A stretch of 64,000 nt of DNA from Candidatus Saccharimonadales bacterium (lineage in GTDB: Bacteria; Chloroflexota; Dormibacteria; Aeolococcales; Aeolococcaceae): the NCBI GenBank assembly GCA_035532495.1, contig DATKQX010000134.1, positions 67,051 to 131,050 on the forward strand, in the 5' to 3' direction. Below, in pieces: positions 42,824-51,267 of this stretch. Under the pieces are notes generated by a model. The model worked only from the letters and a program-made list of their open reading frames with translations, did no database searches and was not told the origin of the DNA. How positions within the stretch are numbered: position 1 is the first letter of the stretch; each line of letters begins with the position of its first letter. A program made the position numbers and the translations under genes.

Positions 42824-43567
42824 ATGACGTTGATGGACGAGCTCCCCGGCCGCATCGAGGCGAGTTTCATCGGCGCGCTGGCGGGCGAGCATGCCGCCGG
42901 CACCGCCGCCGGGACCGCCGATTTCGTGGGCGTCGCGGAGTCAGCCGCAGCCTGCGGTGGCTTCGACGACGCCGACCTGCGCCAACGCGGGCTCGAGCGA
43001 CCCTCGCGCGCCGGAGCCGCCGGCCTGCTGCTCCGTGCGCTGCCCTTCGGATTGCTGAGCCCGCTGGACCGACCACGGCTCCGGCGCGACGCCTATCGCT
43101 GCGTGGCCATGGCCGGCGCCGACGAGGGAACGGCGGTCACCGCTGTGGCAGCCGCACTGCTCATCGCCGATCTGCTCCGCTTCGACCTCGGGACCTCGCT
43201 CGTCCGTGTGCGCCAGTCCCTGCTCGAGGACGCGCCCATGGCCCTGCTCGACCGCCTCCGCGTCGTCGGGGACGGCCCCGCGCTCGACGCGTCAGATCCC
43301 GATCCCGGGCTGACGCTGCAGCGCGCGATCTGCGCGCTTGCCACCGCGAACCCGTTCGATGACGTGCTCACGGCCGCTGCCGGCGGTACGGCCGTGGCGG
43401 CGAGCCTGGCCGGCGCGCTGGTCGGAGCGCGCGACGGTGCGCCGGCTGTCGCCGGCGTCGACCGCGACCACCTTCCCCACGCCGACCGCGCGCTCGGCGT
43501 GGCGCATCGGCTCGCCGACGTCGCCGTAGCGACCCTGCCGAATCAGGTCAGCGCCGAACGCGCGTAG
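42824..43567 (+). CDS. ADP-ribosylglycohydrolase-family-like protein, apparently degenerate
   Basis: N-terminal FIGALAGEHAAG (family: G..GDA.G) and C-terminal AAGGTAVAASLAGALVGA (family: GGDTDT..A..GA..GA). The metal-binding Asp residues are missing. Confidence 0.6.
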   Translation: MTLMDELPGRIEASFIGALAGEHAAGTAAGTADFVGVAESAAACGGFDDADLRQRGLERPSRAGAAGLLLRALPFGLLSPLDRPRLRRDAYRCVAMAGADEGTAVTAVAAALLIADLLRFDLGTSLVRVRQSLLEDAPMALLDRLRVVGDGPALDASDPDPGLTLQRAICALATANPFDDVLTAAAGGTAVAASLAGALVGARDGAPAVAGVDRDHLPHADRALGVAHRLADVAVATLPNQVSAERA

Positions 43568-43666
43568 GTGCCGCGGTCCTCGGCAACCGATTCTGAGCGA
43601 ATGAGCCGGACGGGCTGGTGCGCGTTTGCCGGGGTCCGGTGGCGCAAGCACTACCATCAAGAGCGC

Positions 43667-44098
43667 ATGGAAGCCACCGCCGCGCCGGCAACCGGCCGCA
43701 AGATCCGGATCCTCACCGCGAAGGTGGGCCTGGACGGCCATGACCGGGGCGTCAAAGTCATCTCCCGCGCCCTTCGCGACGCCGGCGTCGAGGTGATCTA
43801 CACGGGCCTCCATCAGACCCCGGCGATGGTGGTCGAGGCGGCGATCCAGGAGGACGTCGACGGCATCGGCATCAGCCTGCTGAGCGGCGCCCACATGACG
43901 CTCTTTCCAGAGATCATCCGGCTCCTCAAGGAGCGCGACGCGTCCGACATCGTCGTCTTCGGCGGCGGGATCATCCCCGACGCCGACGTCACTGCGCTCG
44001 AGAGCCTCGGGGTCGACAAGGTGTTCACGCCGGGGACCTCGCTCGACGAAGCCGTCTCATATGTCAAGGAGCGTTTCGGTTCGGGGGCGGCAGCCTGA
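43667..44098 (+). CDS. cobalamin-binding domain protein (methylmalonyl-CoA mutase small-subunit-like)
   Basis: RILTAKVGLDGHDRGVKVISRALRDAGVEVIYTG...GISLLSGAH is the canonical DxHxxG B12-binding fold. An alternative GTG 43568 would add 33 codons. Confidence 0.88.
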   Translation: MEATAAPATGRKIRILTAKVGLDGHDRGVKVISRALRDAGVEVIYTGLHQTPAMVVEAAIQEDVDGIGISLLSGAHMTLFPEIIRLLKERDASDIVVFGGGIIPDADVTALESLGVDKVFTPGTSLDEAVSYVKERFGSGAAA

Positions 44099-44217
44099 CC
44101 CCCGGGTTGCTGTGCCTGGCAACGGCCAGCGCACGGGCATCTCGCTCACTCGCCGATCCCGCGGACAGCAGCGCAGGCGTCGCGCCACCGCATCCTGCCT
44201 TCGCCGCGTTCCGCACG

Positions 44218-44805
44218 ATGTCGTACATCTGGGTCGACGGCCGCGCCTTCGAGCCCATCGGGGACAGCCTCGACCTCTGGCTGTCCTTCCTCCGCGATCG
44301 CGGCGCGCGCCAGGCATGGCTCGACGTCAGCGACGGGACGGAGGTCTGCCGGGTCACGAGGCGCGACGGCGACGAGAGCTGGACAATCGTCTGGAACGGC
44401 GGGATCTACATGCTCCACGGGGCCGAGGACACGGGTCCGCCTCGGCGCCGCGAGATCGACCTCGACGGCACTGCCGCGAAGCTCGAGGAACTGGTTGCCG
44501 CAGAACTCCAGGCCGGTGCGCATGACGTCCGCAGGAGAGCGCTCGAACGCGCCGCCGCCATTCTCGCCTCGTCGGGAGACGGCGAGGAGGTCTCCGACGT
44601 CGCCTGGCCGTATTTCGTGCTTCCCGACGGGGCGTCGACGGCCGCCAGACGGCTGATCGCAGCGGCATGCGCGACGTGGCCGGAGACCGGCGGCGCACCC
44701 GACCCCGCCGCGGTACCGGCGCGTGGCGAGGGTACCGTCGAGGCGGCGTTGCTGGCGATCGCAGCTTCGGTGAACTCGGCACGAGCCACCGAGCCGGTAG
44801 AGTAG
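44218..44805 (+). CDS. hypothetical protein (195 aa)
   Basis: Internal ATG of ORF 44107-44805 (MSYIWVDGRAFEPIGDSLDLWLSFL...). No family recognised. Confidence 0.5.
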   Translation: MSYIWVDGRAFEPIGDSLDLWLSFLRDRGARQAWLDVSDGTEVCRVTRRDGDESWTIVWNGGIYMLHGAEDTGPPRRREIDLDGTAAKLEELVAAELQAGAHDVRRRALERAAAILASSGDGEEVSDVAWPYFVLPDGASTAARRLIAAACATWPETGGAPDPAAVPARGEGTVEAALLAIAASVNSARATEPVE

Positions 44806-44812
44806 CCGGGTA

Positions 44813-45478
44813 ATGGCAACTCCCCTCGAACTCAGTGCGTCCGTCCGGTCGGAGACCGGGCGCCACGTCCACGCCGTCAGGCGCCGGGGTGAAGTGCCCG
44901 CCATCCTCTACGGGCACAACGTCAAGCCGCAGAACATCGCGATCGAGGCGCGCAGCCTCCAGAAGGTCTGGCACGGAGCCGGCCACAGCCATCTCGTCGA
45001 TCTCGCGCTCGACGGCGGGAGGGCCCGCAAGGTGCTGATCCGAGAGCTGCAGGTCAACCCGCGGACCATGGAGCTCATGCACGTGGATCTCTTCGCAGTG
45101 AACCTTCGCGAGAAGCTCACGGTCGAGGTTCCGCTCATCCCCATTGGCGAATCGCCGGCCGTCACCGAGTTCAAGCTGGGCGTGCTTCAGCAGGTCATCA
45201 CCTCGGTGAAGGTCGAGTGCATGCCGGGTGACATCCCCGCGCTGCTCAACGTCGACATCTCAGGTCTCACCGAGATCGACCAGGCCATCCGGCTCAGTGA
45301 GGTGCCGCTTCCCGAGCGCGTCACGCTCGCCACCGGGGTCGATCCCGATGAGCTCGTCCTCAAGGTCGCCCAGGTGCGCGTGGCCGCTGAGGCAGAGGAA
45401 GCCGAGGCTGCGCCTGAAGAGGGCGAGGAAGCCGAGGCGGGCGAAGGCGGCGACGACGACTCCGGGTCGTCCTCCTAG
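44813..45478 (+). CDS. rplY: 50S ribosomal protein L25 / general stress protein Ctc
   Basis: RRRGEVPAILYGHN..., a beta-barrel L25 core, and an acidic Ala/Glu-rich tail. Confidence 0.9.
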   Translation: MATPLELSASVRSETGRHVHAVRRRGEVPAILYGHNVKPQNIAIEARSLQKVWHGAGHSHLVDLALDGGRARKVLIRELQVNPRTMELMHVDLFAVNLREKLTVEVPLIPIGESPAVTEFKLGVLQQVITSVKVECMPGDIPALLNVDISGLTEIDQAIRLSEVPLPERVTLATGVDPDELVLKVAQVRVAAEAEEAEAAPEEGEEAEAGEGGDDDSGSSS

Positions 45479-45502
45479 CGGCGCGACCCAGATCTGACGC
45501 CG

Positions 45503-46360
45503 GTGTCACTCGACATCGCCGCCACTCCCTCGTGCGATAGCGCCAACTGGTTCGACTTCGTCTGTCGCGCCATCCAGCCCCGCGACGCGACGGGGCCCGT
45601 GGGACCGTTCGTCGAACATGCGATCAGCGCGGTCGTGCTCTTCATCGTCATCTATCTCGTGGGCCGGGTGGTCCGCAGCGTGGTGCTCTGGACGATGCGC
45701 CGGAGCAAGGCCGATCGCCAGGTCCGCACGCTGGTCCGCAACCTCATCACCGTCAGCACGTACGTCGTCGCGGTCATCAGCGCGCTTGTCGCCTATGGCG
45801 TCGACATCCCGCTCATCATCGCGGCCGCCGGTGTCGGGACCGTCGCGATCGGACTCGCCTTCCAGGACCTCCTTCGCAACGTGCTCGCGGGCATCTGGCT
45901 GCTGCTCGAGCAGCCGTTCCGGCTCGGCGACACCATCACGGTCCTCGATCAGACCGGCGCGGTGCAGAACATCACGTTGCGTACAACGACACTGCGCACG
46001 GGCGCCGGAGCGCTCGCGATCCTTCCCAATCTCACTGTTTTTACCGGTATCGTCATCAACTCCAGTCACTACGACACGCGGCGGCTCGGCGTCACGGTGC
46101 GAGTGCCCGCGGATACCGATCTCGCCGACCTGATGCGCCGCGCCCGGGGGGTGATCGAAAGCGTGGCGGGCGTCGACGCCAAGCCCGGCATCGCCTTTGA
46201 GCCGATTCTCGACGGGGAGGCGCCGCTGCTGCAGTGCAAGTTCTGGGTGGACCAGCGTGAGCAGGACATCGACGCGGTGAGCGCCGCGGTCGCCGAGCAG
46301 CTGTGGGACGTCGTCGGCGCGAAGCCGGCACCGGCGAGGCAACAGGCGCCGAAAGCATGA
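45503..46360 (+). CDS. mechanosensitive ion channel family protein (MscS-like)
   Basis: TM helices followed by AFQDLLRNVLAGIWLLLEQPFRLGDTITV. Confidence 0.85.
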   Translation: MSLDIAATPSCDSANWFDFVCRAIQPRDATGPVGPFVEHAISAVVLFIVIYLVGRVVRSVVLWTMRRSKADRQVRTLVRNLITVSTYVVAVISALVAYGVDIPLIIAAAGVGTVAIGLAFQDLLRNVLAGIWLLLEQPFRLGDTITVLDQTGAVQNITLRTTTLRTGAGALAILPNLTVFTGIVINSSHYDTRRLGVTVRVPADTDLADLMRRARGVIESVAGVDAKPGIAFEPILDGEAPLLQCKFWVDQREQDIDAVSAAVAEQLWDVVGAKPAPARQQAPKA

Positions 46361-46965
46361 CCGACCTCGCCACCGGACAGACACCCGAACCGTCGCAGCG
46401 CATCGTCGTCGTCCGTCACGGTGAAACCGAATGGAGCCGCATCAAGCGGCACACCGGTCGAACGGACATCCCGCTGACCGGGGAGGGAGAGGCGCAGGCG
46501 CGGACGCTGGGGCCGGCCCTCGCAGCAATCACGTTCGCTGCCGTCCTCGTGAGTCCGCTGCAGCGCGCGCTCGAGACGTCCGTGCTCGCCGGGTACGGGG
46601 ACGTCGCCGTCGTCGACCCCGACCTGGTCGAGTGGGACTATGGTCGATACGAAGGCAAGACGAGCGATGAGATCCAGAAGCAGCGGCCCGGTTGGACGCT
46701 GTTCGACGACGGAACCGTCGATGGCGAGACGATCGACGAGGTCGCCGCGCGGGCGAGTCGCGTGATCGAACGCGCTCGCGCGGTGCCGGGAGACGTCCTG
46801 CTGTTCGGCCATGGGCATCACCTGCGCATCCTCACGGCGCTGTGGCTGGAGCTCGCGCCGCCCGCCGCGCAGCATCTCCAACTTGCGACGGCCGCACCAT
46901 CGATGCTCGGGTACGAGCACGAGTGGACGGCGCTCCTGAGCTGGAACGGACTGCCCAGGCAATGA
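46357..46965 (+). CDS. histidine phosphatase (phosphoglycerate mutase) family protein
   Basis: VVVRHGETEWS catalytic motif. ATGA overlap with the mscS-like stop. Confidence 0.85.
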   Translation: MTDLATGQTPEPSQRIVVVRHGETEWSRIKRHTGRTDIPLTGEGEAQARTLGPALAAITFAAVLVSPLQRALETSVLAGYGDVAVVDPDLVEWDYGRYEGKTSDEIQKQRPGWTLFDDGTVDGETIDEVAARASRVIERARAVPGDVLLFGHGHHLRILTALWLELAPPAAQHLQLATAAPSMLGYEHEWTALLSWNGLPRQ

Positions 46966-47435
46966 GTCAATATCCGCCCTTTCCCGTCGGCAACCCCGAT
47001 GAGCGCGAGTTGCTGCTGAGCTGGCTCGGGTTTCTCCGCGGCGCGGTGCTGCGAAAGATCGACGGACTGAGCGACGCCGACGCGCGCTGGACGCCGGACG
47101 GGAAGCTGATCTCGTTGCTGGGTATCGTGAATCATCTCACGCACCTCGAGTGGCGCTGGATCGACGGCGCCATGCTTGGCGAGCAGACCAGTCGCGATGA
47201 ATCGGAGTTCTATCCCGACGCCGAAGTGACCGTGGATGTCGTGGTGCACGCCTATCGCGAGCGCGCGGTGGCGACCGACGCCTATGTCAGGTCCGCGTTC
47301 CTCGGGCAACCCTGCCGCAATGGCGACGGGACCGACCTGCGTTGGGTGGTGCTCCACCTCATCAACGAGACCGCGCGCCACGCCGGACACGCCGACTCGA
47401 CGCGCGAATTGCTGGACGGCCTGACCGGCGAGTAA
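46962..47435 (+). CDS. DinB family / DUF664 (mycothiol transferase-like) protein
   Basis: GIVNHLTHLEWRW and LINETARHAGHAD motifs. ATGA overlap with the upstream gene. Confidence 0.8.
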   Translation: MSQYPPFPVGNPDERELLLSWLGFLRGAVLRKIDGLSDADARWTPDGKLISLLGIVNHLTHLEWRWIDGAMLGEQTSRDESEFYPDAEVTVDVVVHAYRERAVATDAYVRSAFLGQPCRNGDGTDLRWVVLHLINETARHAGHADSTRELLDGLTGE

Positions 47436-47474
47436 TCTCGGCAGACGTGCAACCGTGGGGCGCGTGATGCGGTG

Positions 47475-48599
47475 CTAGTAGATGAATGCCTCGACGTCGT
47501 TGAGCGACCCGATGTGGCGCTGGTCCACGACTCCGAGGCCGAGGAAGTTGCCCTCATCCACAGTGAAGCTGTGCGAGCCCTGCACGGAAACCACATAGGC
47601 GACATGCCCGAAGCCGCTGTAGCCGTTGCCCGCGCCGAACACCACGATGGACCCGACACGCGGCCTCATGCCCTCGGGCCGGCCGGCCGCACGTGCGGTG
47701 GCGGCCCACTCCCAGGCGTTGCCGTTCCAGGTGACGTTGCGGAGTGAGGCCACGTACCAGGTGCACTGCCCCCACGGGAAGTAGTCCGACGTTGGTCCGA
47801 ATGCGAAGGGTGGGAGCGCGTTGCCGATCACCCGAGCGGCGCCCCTCCCTGCAGCGGCGGCTGCAGCGGCAGCGGCTGCGGCTTGTGCCCGGCGTACCCG
47901 GGCGATCTTGGACTGAACGCCCTGGAGTTGCACCATCAGCGTCGCCGCCTTGCCCTTGAATGCCGACGCCCGCTGCTTGTACGTCACCTCCTCGGTCTGC
48001 TCCTGGCCGGCGAGCGTCTGCAGGCTTGCGACCAGTTGATTCGCCTGCGCCTGATCGTGCGTCTGCTGCGCCTGCAGCAAGGTCAGTTGATCGCGCTGGG
48101 CACGGATGTCCGTGACCAGCGTGTCCACCCGGCTGCTGACCTGGTCGACGCTCGTGAGCGTGTCCATCGCATCCTGCAGGCTCTTGCTGTTGACGAGGAT
48201 CTCGGTCGCTGTTCCGTCGTCGGTCAGCTCGTAGACGTGGACGAGGAGCTGCGCAAGGTCGGACTGGTCAGTCGCGAACTGGGCGTGTACCGTCGCGAGC
48301 TGCTTCGTCGTGTTCGCAAGGTTCTGGTTAGCCTGGTCGAGCTGAATCTGCGCCTCGGCGAGCTTGGTCTGCGTGTTCGTGATCGCCTGCTCGGATGCGA
48401 GCGCGTTGCCGAGCGCCGCCGAACTCGCGCTGCCGAGCGCTGCGATCTCGTGCGAGAGCGCGCCCGCCTGCGCTGAGAGTGCGGTGATCTGCTGCGTGAA
48501 CTGGTCGGCGTCAACCCGGACTTCGCTCAGCGGGGAGCTGACCACCACCAGGGCGATGACCCCTGACGCGGCGGCAAGACGCGCGCGACCAGCGAGCAA
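47475..48599 (-). CDS. secreted coiled-coil + CHAP domain peptidoglycan hydrolase
   Basis: Signal-like N-terminus, about 230 aa of Q/A/L/T-rich coiled coil, a poly-Ala linker, and a CHAP domain with Cys (GQCTWYV) and His (GFGHVAYV). Confidence 0.85.
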   Translation of the reverse strand: MLAGRARLAAASGVIALVVVSSPLSEVRVDADQFTQQITALSAQAGALSHEIAALGSASSAALGNALASEQAITNTQTKLAEAQIQLDQANQNLANTTKQLATVHAQFATDQSDLAQLLVHVYELTDDGTATEILVNSKSLQDAMDTLTSVDQVSSRVDTLVTDIRAQRDQLTLLQAQQTHDQAQANQLVASLQTLAGQEQTEEVTYKQRASAFKGKAATLMVQLQGVQSKIARVRRAQAAAAAAAAAAAGRGAARVIGNALPPFAFGPTSDYFPWGQCTWYVASLRNVTWNGNAWEWAATARAAGRPEGMRPRVGSIVVFGAGNGYSGFGHVAYVVSVQGSHSFTVDEGNFLGLGVVDQRHIGSLNDVEAFIY

Positions 48600-48701
48600 G
48601 CAGCTGCCTCCATGAGTGAGATGTGGGGATGGAAGGATGCCGGAGCACCGTACCAGCCGGTCCCGGAACGGTCAACCCACCCGCGCGTCCACGGTGAGGC
48701 G

Positions 48702-49187
48702 TCAGCTTTCCTCTGCTGGGGCCTCGTCAGCCTCCACGGCGTCCCGTCGCCGAGGCCGGCGGCCGGCGAGCGCTCCCAGAGTCGCACCGAACACAAGGTG
48801 CCCGGCGAGCATCACCGCCTGGCGGCCACGCTGGTCGTGGTCGGCGCGCGGCATCAGGCCCATCGACGGAACCCATCCGCCGTAGCTGACGCCCCAAATC
48901 GCGGCGCCGTATGCGATACCGAGCGGCACCGACGGCACCGGGACGCGGCGAGCGATGACTCCAAACACACCGCCTGCCGCTGCTCCGAACGCGAAATGCA
49001 GCCCTGCGGCCAGTGCGTCCTGCTGCCCACGGTCCGGGTGGATCCCATGGCTCCGCAGCATCTTTGAGGTGATCTTCTCGGGCGGCAGCGTCCCGGTGAT
49101 ACCGAGGCGCCGCGCGGCAAGCATGAGTGCGCTCATGAGGGCGGTGGCGATGGTGCCGGCAAATGCGCCGCGGATCAGGGATTTCAC
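48702..49187 (-). CDS. hypothetical integral membrane protein (161 aa)
   Basis: Four Gly/Ala-rich hydrophobic segments. GTG start. Confidence 0.6.
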   Translation of the reverse strand: MKSLIRGAFAGTIATALMSALMLAARRLGITGTLPPEKITSKMLRSHGIHPDRGQQDALAAGLHFAFGAAAGGVFGVIARRVPVPSVPLGIAYGAAIWGVSYGGWVPSMGLMPRADHDQRGRQAVMLAGHLVFGATLGALAGRRPRRRDAVEADEAPAEES

Positions 49188-49336
49188 GTGAGTGTGAAGA
49201 CTATATTGATAACGTCAAGGTCCGGTCCACCGACCTCGTCAATCTCTCCCGGGACGGCGCCCGGCACCCCCAGGCGCCGTTCGCTTTCTCCCACGCCGAC
49301 GCGCGCGATTCGAGCGGGATCGCAGAATAGCCGGCC

Positions 49337-50974
49337 ATGGGATTCGTTGATGTGCAAGGGCTCCGCCATGTCCTTCCAGATGGAAGCGTGCTCTTCGATG
49401 ACGTGTCCTTTCGTGTCGGCGAAGGGAGCAAGACAGCGCTCCTCGGCGCCAACGGCGCCGGAAAGACCACGGTGCTGCGGATGATCGCGGGCGATCTGAA
49501 ACCGCAGGTGGGCACGATCTCGAGCGCCGGCGGCCTCGGCGTCATGCGTCAGTTCATGGGGAGCGCTGACGGTGTGCGAACAGTGCGCGACCTGCTCATC
49601 TCCGTCTCGCCGGCGTCGCTCCGTCGCGCCGCGCGAGCCCTCGATGCGACCGAGGCACGGCTCGATGAGGAGGGCGGCGAGAGTGCGGGCGCGGCGTACG
49701 CGCAGGCCGTCGCCGATTACGCCGATGCCGGTGGGTACGACGAGGAGTCCGTGTGGACGCTCTGCACCAACGCAGCGCTTGGTGAGGACTACACGATTGC
49801 GGCGGCACGTTCGGTCGATGAGCTCAGTGGTGGTGAGCAGAAACGCCTCATGCTCGACGCGCTGCTCCGTGGTACCAGCACGGTGCTCCTGCTCGACGAG
49901 CCGGACAACTACCTTGATGTTCCCAGCAAGGAGTGGCTCGAAGCAGCGCTCGTCGCGAGCACCAAGACCGTGCTCTTCATCACGCACGATCGTGAGCTGC
50001 TTTCGCGCACCGCGCAACGCATCGTCACCCTCGAGGGTCACGGTGCGTGGATCCACGGCGGCGGGTACGGCACGTATGTCGAGGCGCGGCGAGGTCGGAC
50101 CGAGCGCCTCGAGGAGCTGCACCGCCGCTGGACGGAGGAGCACGAACGCATCATCGAGTACGTCCGGACGCTGCAGCAGCAGGCCGCGCGCAGTCCGGCG
50201 ATGGCCGCGCGATACAAGGCCGCGCAGACCCGCCTCCGCCATTTCGAGGAGAAGGACCGTCCCGCCGAACGACCGAGCGAACAGCAGGTGCGCATGCGCC
50301 TCAGGGGCGGCCGGACCGGCGTGCAGGCGATCATCTGCAAGAAGCTCGAGCTCACCGGACTGCTGCAACCGTTCGATCTCGATGTCGTGTTCGGCGAACG
50401 CGTTGCGATCGTGGGGCCGAACGGATCAGGGAAGTCGCATTTCCTCAGCCTGCTCGCCGGCGAGGCGGTGGCACACACCGGCGACTTCCGTCTCGGCGCT
50501 CGGGTTGTCCCAGGTGTGTTCTCGCAACTCCACCGGCGTCCGGACCTTGCCGGTCGCACGCCTGTGGAGGTTCTTGCCAACGCGCAGCTCGAGCGCGGCA
50601 AGGCGATCGGCATGTTGCGCCGCTACGGACTTGATCGAAGTGCAGACCAGGTGTTCGAGACGCTGAGCGGCGGTCAGCAGGCGCGGTTGCAGATCCTGCT
50701 GCTCGAGGTGGACGGCGCAACCCTGCTGCTCCTTGACGAGCCGACCGACAACCTCGACGTCGACAGCGCACAGGCGCTTGAGGATGGGCTCCAAGCGTAC
50801 GAGGGAACCGTGCTCGTGGTCACCCACGATCGCTGGTTCGCGCGCAGCTTCGATCGATTCCTCGTGTTCGGTGAGGATGCGCGTGTGTGGGAGTCGGCCG
50901 ACCCGGTATGGACACAGCCGCTGTCTCGGGCGGCGTCCTCGAGGAGAGATCCCGCGAGCGCGACGCGCGTTTGA
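49337..50974 (+). CDS. ABC-F family ATPase (tandem NBDs, no TMD)
   Basis: Two Walker A motifs (GANGAGKTT, GPNGSGKSH), two signatures (LSGGEQKRL, LSGGQQARL), and a helical inter-domain linker. Confidence 0.9.
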   Translation: MGFVDVQGLRHVLPDGSVLFDDVSFRVGEGSKTALLGANGAGKTTVLRMIAGDLKPQVGTISSAGGLGVMRQFMGSADGVRTVRDLLISVSPASLRRAARALDATEARLDEEGGESAGAAYAQAVADYADAGGYDEESVWTLCTNAALGEDYTIAAARSVDELSGGEQKRLMLDALLRGTSTVLLLDEPDNYLDVPSKEWLEAALVASTKTVLFITHDRELLSRTAQRIVTLEGHGAWIHGGGYGTYVEARRGRTERLEELHRRWTEEHERIIEYVRTLQQQAARSPAMAARYKAAQTRLRHFEEKDRPAERPSEQQVRMRLRGGRTGVQAIICKKLELTGLLQPFDLDVVFGERVAIVGPNGSGKSHFLSLLAGEAVAHTGDFRLGARVVPGVFSQLHRRPDLAGRTPVEVLANAQLERGKAIGMLRRYGLDRSADQVFETLSGGQQARLQILLLEVDGATLLLLDEPTDNLDVDSAQALEDGLQAYEGTVLVVTHDRWFARSFDRFLVFGEDARVWESADPVWTQPLSRAASSRRDPASATRV

Positions 50975-51040
50975 CACCTCTGGTACCGCGTTGCATCCTC
51001 TTTGATCAAGCAGTGCGGTGCAGTGCAGGAGGACCCAGCG

Positions 51041-51184
51041 ATGCCGGTGAAGGCCTGGTCGGCAAAGCGTGAGCGACAGTACGAGCACATCAAGGAGGGT
51101 CTCGAGGAGCGCGGGAAGTCGGAGGACCTTGCCGAGGAGATTGCGGCGCGCACTGTGAACAAGGAGCGGGCACTCGACAAGTAG
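51041..51184 (+). CDS. small conserved protein (47 aa)
   Basis: MPVKAWSAKRERQYEHIKEGLEERGKSEDLAEEIAARTVNKERA, preceded by AGGAGGA. From memory, homologues are annotated 'plasmid stabilization protein' in actinobacteria. Confidence 0.55.
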   Translation: MPVKAWSAKRERQYEHIKEGLEERGKSEDLAEEIAARTVNKERALDK

Positions 51185-51267
51185 GCTCGGGGCGTGGCCG
51201 GTCATCGACAACGGTCGTAGCGCGTCGTCGACCCTGGGATTGTGCAGCCGCTGCTAGTGTCACCTCG

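Noticed and set aside
43568-43666. 33-codon N-terminal extension of the B12-binding domain protein from GTG 43568, directly abutting the upstream stop.
   Set aside because: The B12-binding domain begins right after ATG 43667, as in homologues, and the extension (MPRSSATDSERMSRTGWCAFAGVRWRKHYHQER) looks non-native. Its GC3 is about 79 %, so it cannot be fully excluded and is noted as an alternative start.
48600-48701. ydaO/c-di-AMP riboswitch upstream of the CHAP cell-wall hydrolase. This association is known in actinobacteria.
   Set aside because: Only 102 nt are available. None of the conserved ACGGGG / GGGGUGAAUC-type blocks are present on the minus strand.
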